A stretch of DNA of 22,155 nucleotides from Octopus sinensis (Eukaryota): NCBI RefSeq assembly GCF_006345805.1, contig NW_021823648.1, positions 1 to 22,155 on the forward strand. The letters are read 5' to 3'. A model generated the notes under the pieces. It had not been told where the DNA came from. It did no database searches and saw only the letters and a program-made list of their open reading frames with translations. A program made the translations under genes and the position numbers. How positions within the stretch are numbered: position 1 is the stretch's first letter; each line of letters starts with the position of its first letter. This document shows, piece after piece, positions 1 through 10,210 of this stretch.

Positions 1-425
1 TTCAGGGCAAGTCTATCCCCTCATTGGTTCTCTTGTACCCGCGAATGAACAACGACAGTTACTCCAAATGTATTCTATGAGTGATGTAGGACAAGAAACC
101 CGACTTGAGGTGTCAAAATTTCCGATGATGGGTCGTGTTAAACACAGCGCACACTGCTGCAAAGGAGAGTATATCCACTGACAGCTTTTCGGTGTGTTCA
201 AAAATCACAGAAACCCCACCTCCAATTTTGCATGAAAGGTTAGGGCCTGAAACACTCCAAACGGACGCATAGCATGTTGCTTAGTCGAATTAGCCCAGCA
301 TTTACTCGACAAATGTTTTGATGTCAATGTTGCACTTTCCCATATCTCCTGTTTCAAAATGACTGGAATATATTATATACCAACTTTGCCATTTTAATCC
401 CCAGCAATGCCGGTATGTCTGCTAG
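1..425 (+). mobile_element. Non-autonomous Helitron, 3' part (truncated by window start)
   Basis: Begins with decayed RepHel codons (GQVYPLIGSLVPANEQRQLLQMYSMSD); ends CCCCAGCAATGCCGG hairpin remnant, spacer, CTAG (422-425) followed by T; direct repeat of 2509-2935. Confidence 0.8.
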
Positions 426-436
426 TACACACACAG

Positions 437-490
<54 letters not shown>

Positions 491-535
491 TTCTACATAT
501 ATTTATATATATATATTATATATATATATATATTA
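426..535. repeat. (CA)n/(TA)n compound microsatellite
   Basis: Seen directly. Confidence 0.95.
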
Positions 536-1083
536 ATAAATATAAGGGTAGCAAAAATTCTAGAAAAAATTCTCTGCTACCAGCGGTCTAGTGACAAAGG
601 AAAGATAGTCAAAGACTATATACCATACATTCAACATATACGGAATGGCCATAATACGACATTCGACTCACTAGAAAGAGCAGCCAAACTCAAACCTTTA
701 ATTAGTTGTAATTCTGAAATAGAAAGGTAAATAAAACGTTTACCCCTTTCATCTCTGGACTATGCATAGTTTCTGCAAACTTTGTAAACAAATTAATTAA
801 ATTAAATATATTTACATCTGGCGTGCCTCGTCAGCAGAGAAGCCTATGATGAGTATATGTCCACGAGACGATGGTAAAGAAGCCTCCAGTCCATATGCTC
901 TAAATTTTCAAAATTCTACCGCAATCGCGCTGTCTTCTCAGCAGCAAATATAAACTGCTGATTTAATTTCAAAATTAGCCAAAAATCATTAATTAATAAA
1001 TATTAGGGTATTTAGCGGTTTCAGTTTGGCTGCGCTTTCTAGTAAGTCGAATGTCCTATTATGACCATTCCTTATATTGTTGA

Positions 1084-1091
1084 ATATATAT

Positions 1092-1148
<57 letters not shown>
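1084..1148. repeat. (TA)n microsatellite
   Basis: Seen directly. Confidence 0.95.
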
Positions 1149-1150
<2 letters not shown>

Positions 1151-1296
1151 GGAGTAAACACATAAATGTGAAACAAGGTGGAAAAAAGAGTACTCAAATA
1201 CCAGTGGTAGAGTAATATGCTTTATTTTAAGCAGCAGAAAATTCAACAAAATCTGTTACTCTGAGTTTCTCGTTGCCGTTCATCAGACAGTTTTTT
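1149..1296 (-). mobile_element. Penelope-like element terminal (pseudo-LTR) fragment
   Basis: Minus strand has a minimal type I hammerhead followed by AATAAA (plus TTTATT 1221-1226), the layout typical of Penelope pseudo-LTRs. No PLE RT or GIY-YIG coding seen. Confidence 0.5.
1253..1290 (-). ncRNA. Minimal type I hammerhead ribozyme motif
   Basis: Minus strand reads CTGT-CTGATGA-A CG GCAA CG A-GAAA-CTC A GAG-TA-ACAG: stem I CTGT/ACAG, intact CUGAUGA and GAAA cores, GNRA-capped stem II, near-palindromic stem III, GUA cleavage triplet. Confidence 0.7.
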
Positions 1297-1950
1297 GCTA
1301 GAATGGAACATATATATTAATTCAATCTATACTCTTACAAACGCTAACACTTTAAAAGAAATGGACTTGTTTGATTGGCCCTTTAGAAAAAAACGGTCAA
1401 TCTTCGAGCGATAAAAAAAAGGGTCAAAAATATATGTATATATATATAAAAAAACTTATAAAAATTATAAAAATTATAAAATCCGAGGAAAAACCGAGGA
1501 AAAAACCTATTGCCGTTAATGAAGACAGTACAAATTAATGCATAGAAATTAAACCTGTTATAAATACTGCAATACATATTTATATTAAAATCCACATATG
1601 TATATCAACATACACAAAAGGATGCGCGTAAACGCCATACATACATATACAGACGTATGAATATGAATCTAAATTATACACATAAAAGCATGTGTACATA
1701 TATTCACGCAAACCGTCTGTATTTGTAAGCATGCGTATCTGTGTATGTGTAAGTGAAAGTATGCTTGTGCTTAAGCTCGGGCATTTGATTCTCAGATGAA
1801 GAGGGCATTCCATGCTTTTTGTATACAAGCCAGTGGGGCTCGCTCTGAGCACTCTAATTTGCTCACAGTGAACATACCGGCCGCCTCGGACACTCGGCGA
1901 AGAGCACACTCGTTGGAACCGCCCAGACCGAAACAATTCTCGACGTATCA

Positions 1951-2337
1951 CTGCATATATACTCATATACACTCAATAAATGGCATAGTATATTAGAATA
2001 ACATTATATTTAGGGAATTCTTGTAAAGTAGAACATAGTTTAAAATAAATTCAGGCAAGTGTCTTAGTATATATTATTGTGGACATATGGATAGTAATGT
2101 GGAATTAATTCAAAGTAGGTGAAATTATAAACCATTAGTTAAGGAGACATGGGTAAAATACTTTAGCCATAAAATTAGTTCTTACTTGGTGTGTCATCAG
2201 GTTTATCGTCGAGAGATTTCTTGGAGATGAAACGGTTCTGGGAAAAAATAGAAATAGCATCATATAAATAGAACTTCAGGGTATTTTTTATTGTTTAGAA
2301 CTTAAAACAGTGCAATAGATGACTACATATTCGGACA
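1951..2337 (-). mobile_element. piggyBac-related segment, homologous to 14817-15266
   Basis: Shares long blocks with 14817-15266 (e.g. AAAATTAGTTCTTACTTGG-GTGTCATCAGGTTTATCGTCG, GTGTCTTAGTATATATTA, TTAAGGAGACA); that second copy continues into piggyBac catalytic motifs. Confidence 0.55.
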
Positions 2338-2340
2338 GTT

Positions 2341-2660
2341 AACGTTGCCAACACTAACATCTCACCCCTTAGGAATTTTCTAGAAGGCGCTTCAATCCGG
2401 TCAAAGGATTTTCTGAACAATATCAGACAATACAACTCAGCATTTCAAATGACATCGTTTGGTGAATCTAAGAAGATAGATAAACATGAATTTACGCGGA
2501 CGTCAAAGTTCAAGGGCAAGTCTATCGCCTTATTGGTTCTCTGGTACCCGCGAATGAACAACCACAGTTCCTCCAAATTTACTGTATGAGTGATGTAGGA
2601 CAACAAACCCGACGTGAGGTGTCAAAATTTCCGATGATAGTTCGGTTACACACACAGCGC
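2341..2660 (+). pseudogene. Helitron RepHel protein fragment (frameshifted)
   Basis: Reads PLRNFLEGASIRSKDFLNNIRQYNSAFQMTSFG, then after a 1-nt deletion near 2503 KVQGQVYRLIGSLVPANEQPQFLQIY; matches the conserved RepHel N-terminal motifs FLxNIRxYNSxFQMTSFG and TFKVQGQVYHRIGSLLP. Confidence 0.85.
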
Positions 2661-2935
2661 ACACTGCTGCAAAGGAGAGTATACCCACTGACAGTTTTTC
2701 GGTGCGTTCAAAAATCACACAAACCCACATCCAATTTTGTATGACAGGTTAGGGCCTGAAACACTCCAAACGGACGCATAGCATGTTGCTTAGTCGAATT
2801 ATCCGAGCATTTACTCTACAAATGTTTTGTTGTCAATGTTGCACTTTCCAATATCACCTGTTTCAAAATGACTGGAATATACTATATACCAACTTTGCCA
2901 TTTGAATCCCCAGCAATGCCGGGTATGTCTGCTAG

Positions 2936-2961
2936 TACACAGACACACACACAGACACACA

Positions 2962-3007
<46 letters not shown>

Positions 3008-3015
3008 TGTATTTC

Positions 3016-3061
<46 letters not shown>

Positions 3062-3090
3062 ATACACACACACACATGTATATATATATA
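2936..3090. repeat. (CA)n/(TA)n compound microsatellite
   Basis: Seen directly; same internal landmark (ATTTCTACATAT) as 426-535. Confidence 0.95.
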
Positions 3091-3192
3091 ATGAAATTTA
3101 ATCCAAACATGACAGCACAAAAGTACAACGACGCGAGGACGTGGAACAAAGATAGTATTATTGGACGCTCAGGAAATAAGGAAAGAAGGAGG

Positions 3193-3227
3193 GTTTAACG
3201 TTTCGGGTGGAGTTCTTCGTCGGAAAC
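3193..3227 (-). ncRNA. Decayed Penelope-type hammerhead motif
   Basis: Minus strand reads GTTT-CCGACGA-AGAACTCCACCC-GAAA-CG-TT-AAAC: stem I GTTT/AAAC, variant core CCGACGA, ACGT palindromic stem III; stem II no longer pairs. Confidence 0.45.
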
Positions 3228-3359
3228 ATACAAGGGAAAGATCCAGAGGAGGGAAGACAGAGGAAAAAATCGCCAACTGTACACACGCGGCCACATTTTG
3301 AATGACCGGAAGAAAATGGGTGAAGATAAGTTCTTTCAAAGACAGAATAGTGGTAGAGG

Positions 3360-4190
3360 AAGAGGAATGTGTGTGTAAGTGTGGATAAGAGAGTGTGTGG
3401 AGGTCTGCGTGTGCGTGTGTGTGTATGTGTGTATGTGTGCAATGATGACACGTGTATGTGTATGTGCATGTTGTGTGTGTATGTGTGTGTGTGGTTGTGC
3501 TGTTAATCTTTGCGTGTTGTAGGTTAGTAGTGTTAAGGTCAAGAAGAAGGAATTGGGCGTATGAATGTGTGTGTATGTATGTGTGTGTGCATGTGTGTGT
3601 ATGCGTAGCGTTTGGGTGTGTGGCGAATATCTGTGCGTATGCGAGTATACATGTATGTATAATTGTGTGCGTGTATATAATTGTGTGCCGTGTGTATGGG
3701 ACGTATGTGTGGGTTCATTTGTGTGTGTGTGTTTCTATGTGCATGCGTCTCGTATGTGAGTGTAGTTGTGTGTGCGTGTACGTGTGAGTTTGTATGTGTG
3801 TAAGCGTATATGGTGTATATACGTGTATCCGTGGGGTTGTGAGTTTTGCGTGCGTGTGTGTGTTTGTGTCTGTGTCTATATGTGTATACTTATGTGTATG
3901 TGTGTGTGCGCGTGTAGGCATATATTGTGCGTATGTATATGTATCGGTGTTTCTGTGAATTTGTACATGCGTGTGTGTGTGAGGGTTTTGGAGTTGTGTG
4001 GGCGTAATGTGCGTGCGTGTGCTTGTGAGCGTGTGTGCGCTTAAGTACGTGAATGTGCGTGTTTTGTCTGTGACATGTGTGTATAAAGCGTGTGCGTATC
4101 TGTATGATTATTGTTCGTTAAAGGTATATGTGGGCATCTGTGCTGGTGTGTGTGTATGTACGTGGTGTATGTGTGTGTGTGCGTGTATAC
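3360..4190. repeat. Degenerate (TG)n/(TATG)n low-complexity tract
   Basis: Seen directly; source of spurious Cys/Val-rich ORFs. Confidence 0.9.
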
Positions 4191-4589
4191 ATATAACCCC
4201 GTATCACCGTTACAGACCAAACTACCAGTTGTTGCTGCATCTCGCTGGTCACAATGCGCTTCGCACTGTTTTAGCCTTCAAATGATGCCTAAATTCCGTT
4301 CCTGATGGAGAAAATAGATAAATGTGTGTAAATATGTACGTATTCCTATGTGTGCGGGTGTGTGTGTTTATATGTGTATGATTCTGTGCGTGTGTGTAAG
4401 TGTACATCTTGATATAATACTTAACACTAATATTAATAGGGCTAAACGTTGCAGCCACAGGCATGGCCATGCTAGAACCCCACCATTAGATTTTTTTCAT
4501 TACGCATTTATTTCCCTCTCCAGGATTATGTCTGGTGAAAGAGCGATCGGACAGGAGTACAATTCCACTCTTCTTCGTGTTTCCTTGGG

Positions 4590-4830
4590 ATGTGTGTATA
4601 TGTATAATATATATATGCACACACACACACATATATATATATATATACCACATATATATATATATATATAGATAGATCGATAGATAGATACATTGATAGA
4701 TAGATATGTATGTATATACATACATAACTATTATATGTGTGTATGTATATATGATATGTATATATATATATAGATGTATGTGTGTGTGTGTATAGCACAC
4801 ATAGTGTGTATGTATCTATGTTTTATGTCT
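4590..4830. repeat. (TA)n/(TAGA)n/(TG)n compound microsatellite
   Basis: Seen directly. Confidence 0.9.
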
Positions 4831-4839
4831 GTGATTGTC

Positions 4840-5020
4840 GCACCACTATCACTTCTCAACTGATGTCGGTGTGTTTACGTCCCCGTTACATAGCGGTTCG
4901 GCTAGAGATACCGATAGAATGAGCAATAGGCTTACAAAAAATAATTCCTGAAGCCGATTTGTCCTACTAAACGCAGTGCTCTAGCATGGCCGCAGTCAAA
5001 TGACTGACACGGGTAACAGA
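4840..5020 (+). mobile_element. 3' half of an abundant cephalopod-type SINE
   Basis: GGTGTGTTTACGTCCCCG...TAGCGGTTCGG...CCGATAGAAT...CAGTGCTCTAGCATGGCCGCAGTCAAATGACTGA matches from memory the tail of a common Octopus SINE; no tRNA head seen; not checked against Repbase or Dfam. Confidence 0.55.
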
Positions 5021-5029
5021 ATATATTTA

Positions 5030-5490
5030 TATACAAACAAACACCACCACACACACACAACACCACGCACACACATACTATATACATATAGGTAAATAGA
5101 GAGAGAGAGAGATAGACAGAGAGATACAGTGATAGATACACACACGCATATATTTGTTTGTATATATATATCTATATATGTTCACGCACTATTATATTCA
5201 TATATATGTATATTTATATATACATATATATATGTATATTGTATATACAAATATATATATATGTATATATATGTATGTTTAGGTGTGTGCGCCTGTGTGT
5301 TCGTGTGTGATTACGTGTGTGATGTTATGTGTGTGTGTGTGTGTGTGCTCCATAGGAACATATGTAAGTGATTCATGCATACATCCTTACATCCATCCAT
5401 CCATCCGTACGTACATACATCCACATATTAATACATACATACGTAAATGCATACATACATACATGCATATATAAATACATAAAGACATAC
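5030..5490. repeat. Compound (CA)/(GA)/(TA)/(TG)/(CATC) microsatellite
   Basis: Seen directly. Confidence 0.9.
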
Positions 5491-5518
5491 ATATATTAAC
5501 AAAAAATCCATGACTTAC

Positions 5519-5662
5519 CGTTTTCGATTTCTCTTCCATTTTTCCTATTCTTGAATCTTGATGAAGAATCACGATCGTCAGAACGAGAAGAACCCCAAAA
5601 GCTATGAGAGAAGAAATGGAATAACGCTGCGAAATATTCCTGGACAGTTGTGCGAAATCCAT
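5519..5662 (-). CDS. Putative first coding exon of a signal-anchored or secreted protein
   Basis: ATG at 5662, 48 codons MDFAQLSRNISQRYSISSLIAFGVLLVLTIVILHQDSRIGKMEEKSKT with an 18-aa hydrophobic stretch, ending exactly at a consensus donor ACG|GTAAGT (phase 0) in a non-repetitive island. Confidence 0.65.
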
Positions 5663-5817
5663 TCTGGTGACAGTTGTCGGTCGTACGTGATACTTCGGGT
5701 GGCTTCAACAAAAGATCGAGATGCGAGGTTTAAGCTGAAGACCTGTAACTGAATTCCACGTATTTATTGAGCGCACAACAACCCAGCTCTGGCATAGATC
5801 TTATCGTAAATTTATGA

Positions 5818-5832
5818 ACCAATGCGATTGGT
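5818..5832. promoter_or_regulatory. Inverted CCAAT pair (ACCAAT-GCG-ATTGGT)
   Basis: Perfect 6-bp inverted repeat about 160 bp upstream of the 5662 ATG; function inferred only. Confidence 0.25.
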
Positions 5833-6078
5833 GGAACTGTAAAAGAGGTGTGTACTTGTCTGACAGGTTTAATTATTGGAAAGAGATGGTTTGATATTGT
5901 CACACAATAATTAGCAAAATATTTTGATGAATGTGAGACACGTGTAAAGTGAAATGATTCCTGTTTCTGGATATATTATGATATATTTATTTACTAATGT
6001 TGTTATTTAATTTTATTTGTTATTCTTGGGAAACTGTTTTAATATTCAGTGTGGGAAGTATTTCGTTCAATCAACAAA

Positions 6079-6389
6079 TACACAGACACAAAGACACACA
6101 CACACACACAGACACACACACACTGACACACACACTGATACACAAACACACACTGACACACAATGACACACAAACTGAGAAACACACACACACTGACACC
6201 CACACATACACACACACTGAGAAACACACACACACACAACACACACACACACACACACACCGATACACACACACTGACAAACACACATACACACTGACAC
6301 AACACACACACACACACACTGACATACACACATACACACTGACTCACACACTGACATACACACACACACTGACACACACACACACAATG

Positions 6390-6426
<37 letters not shown>

Positions 6427-7162
6427 CATACACACACACACGCACACACACGCTGACACACATACACACACACAAACTGACACACACACACACTCACACA
6501 CACACACACACACACACCACACACACTGACATACTCAAACACACATACACACTGAAACACACACACACATTCACACGCACACATTCACACACACACACAT
6601 TCACACACACAGATTCACACACACAGACATACACTGACACACACACACACATAGACACACACACACGCACACTGACACACACACTCACACACACTGACAC
6701 ACACACACGCTGACACACACACACACACACACCACACACACTGACATACACACATACACACTGACTCACACACTGACATACACACACACACTGACACACA
6801 CACACACAATGACATACACACACACACACACACACAACACACACACACACTAACATACACACACACACGCACACACACGCTGACACACATACACACACAC
6901 AAACTGACACACACACACACTCACACACACACACACACACACCACACACACACACTGACATACTCAAACACACATACACACTGAAACACACACACACATT
7001 CACACGCACACATTCACACACACACATTCACACACACAGATTCACACACACAGACATACACTGACACACACACACACATAGACACACACACACGCACACT
7101 GACACACACACTCACACACACTGACACACACACACGCTGACACACACACACACACACACACA
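6079..7162. repeat. Cryptic (CA)n/CTGACA satellite with internal duplication of about 420 bp
   Basis: Landmarks recur with offsets of 422-427 nt (GACTC 6341/6763; AGATTC 6611/7038). Confidence 0.9.
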
Positions 7163-7247
7163 AATATGCGGGAAAATGCGGGCCCGTACGATCAACCGCA
7201 GTTACTGTTGGGGCACAAGTTTGAAGTCAACTCCTCGAGCGAAGAAT

Positions 7248-7404
7248 TTATCAAAGAGAAATACCGAAGGGAGGTAACTCACGACAGACTCCAGCTTGGC
7301 GCTCTAATGGCGTCACTTACTCGTTGTTGTTGACTATGCTTAAGTTAAAGCTATGGCTTTAAGTTTGTCCAGATATTCCCCTCTTCGGTATTTTCTCTTG
7401 ATAA
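7248..7404. mobile_element. MITE-like element with about 26-bp imperfect terminal inverted repeats
   Basis: TTATCAAAGAGAAATACCGAAGGGAG (7248-7273) versus reverse complement of 7376-7404, TTATCAAGAGAAAATACCGAAGAGGGGAA; possible TA target duplication. Confidence 0.55.
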
Positions 7405-8794
7405 CGGCTGTACTGGAACCCGATAGGGAGCAGCACTGGACTGATATGCTTTTTTGGCACCTTTTTGCACAGAATTTGCGTTTAGAGTTTGAAATATGCC
7501 ATTAGCACATTTTAACGAACCTAAAAATTGCTTATGCCTAACACTGAGCGCTAATACTGTTCACTGGAAACGCCATGTTGAATGTTTCCATTTATTCATT
7601 TGTCAATTTGCATTTCGTGCTTTCATATTACTTAATTATTATTCTTTTTCTCTAGCTTTTTCACAATCGAGCATTCTTATGGCACGCAATGAATCGGACA
7701 AAAAACGTGCTGCCACCCACAGATCCCTCTTTCCACGGATACCTTCGTTTATCTGGCAGCCATTCTACAAACTCCCACATACAAGGAGCAATCATGCTGG
7801 GTAGAGTGTGAAAGACTCAACATGTTGCACTGATTCCACCTAATGTATATTTTATAAGTGGTGTTCCTTTCCTTACTAAGTCGTTTATGTGTGTTACAGT
7901 TATTGTATGCATGTATCTCGAAGCAAGTTCCTCTTCTGCGAGTTTGATTGTTTTATGTTACAGACGGAGATAATTTGTTGAACTTGATGTTTTGTGGTGT
8001 TGCTGTAGATTCGGTTGATGCTGTTCCTGAAGTGTACTCATATTTCTTGGTGGTTTCATATTTTATTTTGGCACATCAGTTTTCAGGGAACGATGAGAGG
8101 CTGCGTGTGTAATGTTACGCGAGTCTGTGTGTGTGTGTGATTTTTGTAGAAAAGCGGGAATATGTGAATGTAGGTTGAAAATAGTTAATCGTGAGACGTG
8201 TACTTGTACCCTTGTCGAAAGTGTTTCGTGAAAACTTCAATGTATTAGTAACCTGACAAGTAGTTAGGTAGTCAACATTTTGTGGTATTTCTTCAGTGGA
8301 TATCAAATATCCTTTATTTGGTAATATCCGCGATTGGATTGCAGAGCTTTCATCGCATTGATTGTAGTCACAATGATACGTAAGGGAGAATTTTTTTTAT
8401 TAAACCATCATGATTTAGTGATGTTAGTTATAAGCTTTTATCGTGTTTTCTGAAGATTGATCATGAAAGGGTGATATATTTGTACGGAGGTGTTTCATTT
8501 GGGGATTGTTTTCATTTTAAGACGGAATACAACACACATTTAAACGAATCATAATTTTATTTCAACTTTTAAATTTGATAAACTGAACCTCATACAAAGT
8601 ATTCTAGAATTATTCCCTGGGGATTACATCGTTCTGTTAAGCTATTTGTCACATTCTATGACTTCTCTGTTGTTTCGTTTTGAATATTTTCTGAAAACTT
8701 GTAGCAGCAATTTATTTAACGACATATATTAGTTGGATAAAATATTGCGAAACACAATTACAAGAAACGTATATGTTGCTTTGTAATATTATAT

Positions 8795-8800
8795 TTTATT
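8795..8800 (-). terminator. Candidate polyadenylation signal of the collagen C4-like gene
   Basis: AATAAA on the minus strand about 50 nt after the TGA; AT-rich context, so weak. Confidence 0.35.
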
Positions 8801-8850
8801 TTATGATTCGCCGATATAAATTTTCATATAGAAACGAATTTAATTTCTAT

Positions 8851-9350
8851 TCAATGTTTACTGCACACAACGCAGGTTAATTCTTGACCTTTGACATACG
8901 GTGGACATGGCAATGAACCACAAACACCCTGAACGAAATAAAATACAGCTCCATTTTCGTCTCTGTAACCTGCTGGATCAGCTTCTGGTGCATAGTCCAC
9001 ACATACATATTCATGTCTGCCCCTATTTTGATGATGACCAGTCATCAAATATCCCGAATACTCAGCTGTCCAACCGTCGTAACACTGTGTCCTGGCTGGT
9101 AACATCATAACAACAGCAGGTTGTCGTGTCAAACAGACAGCGCACGGAACGTTGTGATCATTAATTGATTTAGCGTTAGCAAAAGAAAAGAGTTTATTAG
9201 TTGGGTATAAATATAGTTGATATTCACTGCCATAAATGTAACCACCTGCTTCAACTTCTGTTGTATAATTGGCCCAAATGGGATCGTTGGGTAGACATAA
9301 GTAATTACTTCCGCCACCTTCGTGGTCGTACCATTGTCCACCAGCCACAC
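8851..9350 (-). CDS. Short-chain collagen C4-like (spongin short-chain/NC1-related) protein, last exon
   Basis: Motifs AGGxWY, GGGSNYLCLPxDP, YGSEY, DHNVPCAVC, PARTQCYDGWTxEYxGYLM, CVD, FYFVQGVCGSLPCPPY, ELTCVVCSK; pyrimidine tract and TTCTAG| acceptor at 9351; phase 1; stop TGA 8853-8851. Confidence 0.9.
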
Positions 9351-9633
9351 CTAGAATTGGTAAGAATAAATCAAGTAAAAAAGATATTAAGCAAAATTAT
9401 ATATGAAATAACGGAAACATTCATTACAATTTTTCACTTAAAATAAGTCATGTTTACTCACCTGTGAACGAATTGTGGTGTATGTGTTAGTGTTTTTATG
9501 AGTGTAAGCTGTGTGTTGCTGTATGCATGAGAACGTTGCTGTGTAATTGCATTTGCATTCTCTTCATATATATATATCATAGTAAGCAACAAGGACATCC
9601 AGAGGTTTTGCGGTACGATTGTTTCATGCAACT

Positions 9634-9635
<2 letters not shown>

Positions 9636-9689
<54 letters not shown>
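9636..9689. repeat. (TA)n microsatellite
   Basis: Seen directly. Confidence 0.95.
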
Positions 9690-9691
<2 letters not shown>

Positions 9692-9692
<1 letters not shown>

Positions 9693-10210
9693 CTTATTAT
9701 AAAAGGCAGATTTTATCCGCCTCCCTTTGTCACTTATAGAAATCTACAATATAGGATTTCTTCAATTACAATTTACCTAGCATTTTTAAGAGTAGAATGC
9801 ATCGGGTCATGCCAGGTCCAGTTTTTAAAATTTAAACTCCAATTAAGCAAAATTACAGAAAACTCACATTCTGGTGTGTATGTCAAATGCTTTTCTTAGT
9901 CTGGTTTACAGCACACGCAAACGCACACACACAGTGTGCAATGAATAAAATGAAACTAATTCACTGTGTGTGTTGACAGGTAGACAATAGAATGCGTTGG
10001 CGATGTAATATTTGTTTCTGTCTATCACGCTGATAAATACATGAGTAAAATGTATGGCAAGCTCAGAGATAAGAGTGAGTGAAAATGTTCTTGGAAGAGA
10101 GTAAATAGCGACAGAGTGATTTGAGGAAGACAAAACTGAAAGTATGAAACAGTGTTTATGTATAAACAGACGACACTTATATATAGTTATTAATAAATGT
10201 ATGCATCCGT
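9692..10210 (+). mobile_element. Probable Helitron 5' portion without a 3' end
   Basis: A|TCTTATTATAAAAGGCAGATTTTATCCGCCT: TC start after A, TTATAAAAG motif and an AGGCAGA/TCCGCCT near-hairpin; no hairpin plus CTAG end before 10211. Confidence 0.4.

Larger units (their letters stand above)
1326..2935 (+). mobile_element. Composite non-autonomous Helitron (5' end tentative)
   Basis: A|TCTATACTC at 1325/1326 resembles a Helitron 5' TC end; RepHel remnant at 2341-2660; 3' end CCCCAGCAATGCCGGG then CTAG (2932-2935)|T. The 3' half is solid, the 5' boundary is a guess. Confidence 0.55.

Noticed and set aside
810-890. Hammerhead-like fragments (minus CTGACGA-GGCACGCC; plus ATGATGA...GAGA...GTA)
   Set aside because: The first lacks GAAA; the second has two core substitutions and poor stems.
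1790-1950. Minus-strand Cys/His pattern (RVCSS...HCEQ...ECPLHL..KC) as a piggyBac C-terminal domain
   Set aside because: Spacing does not fit well enough to call by eye.
2190-2205. CTGATGA on the minus strand (also near 15147)
   Set aside because: No stem II or GAAA follows; lies within the piggyBac-related segment.
4196-4301. Possible second exon for the 5662-5519 gene (acceptor TTTTCTCCATCAG| at 4302, ending ...SLVCNG)
   Set aside because: In-frame TGA at codon 8, stops in all three frames and only weak donors; resemblance to SLVYNG is probably chance.
2868-7027. Long ORFs of HT/CV/YI repeats, e.g. 5997-6713 (238 aa), also 15915-16426
   Set aside because: Translations of dinucleotide microsatellites that lack stop codons by composition.
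7640-7800. Plus-strand LPPTDPSFHGYLR peptide after an acceptor-like site
   Set aside because: Reminiscent of a motif in uncharacterised invertebrate DNA transposon ORFs, but it needs frameshifts and I cannot name the family.
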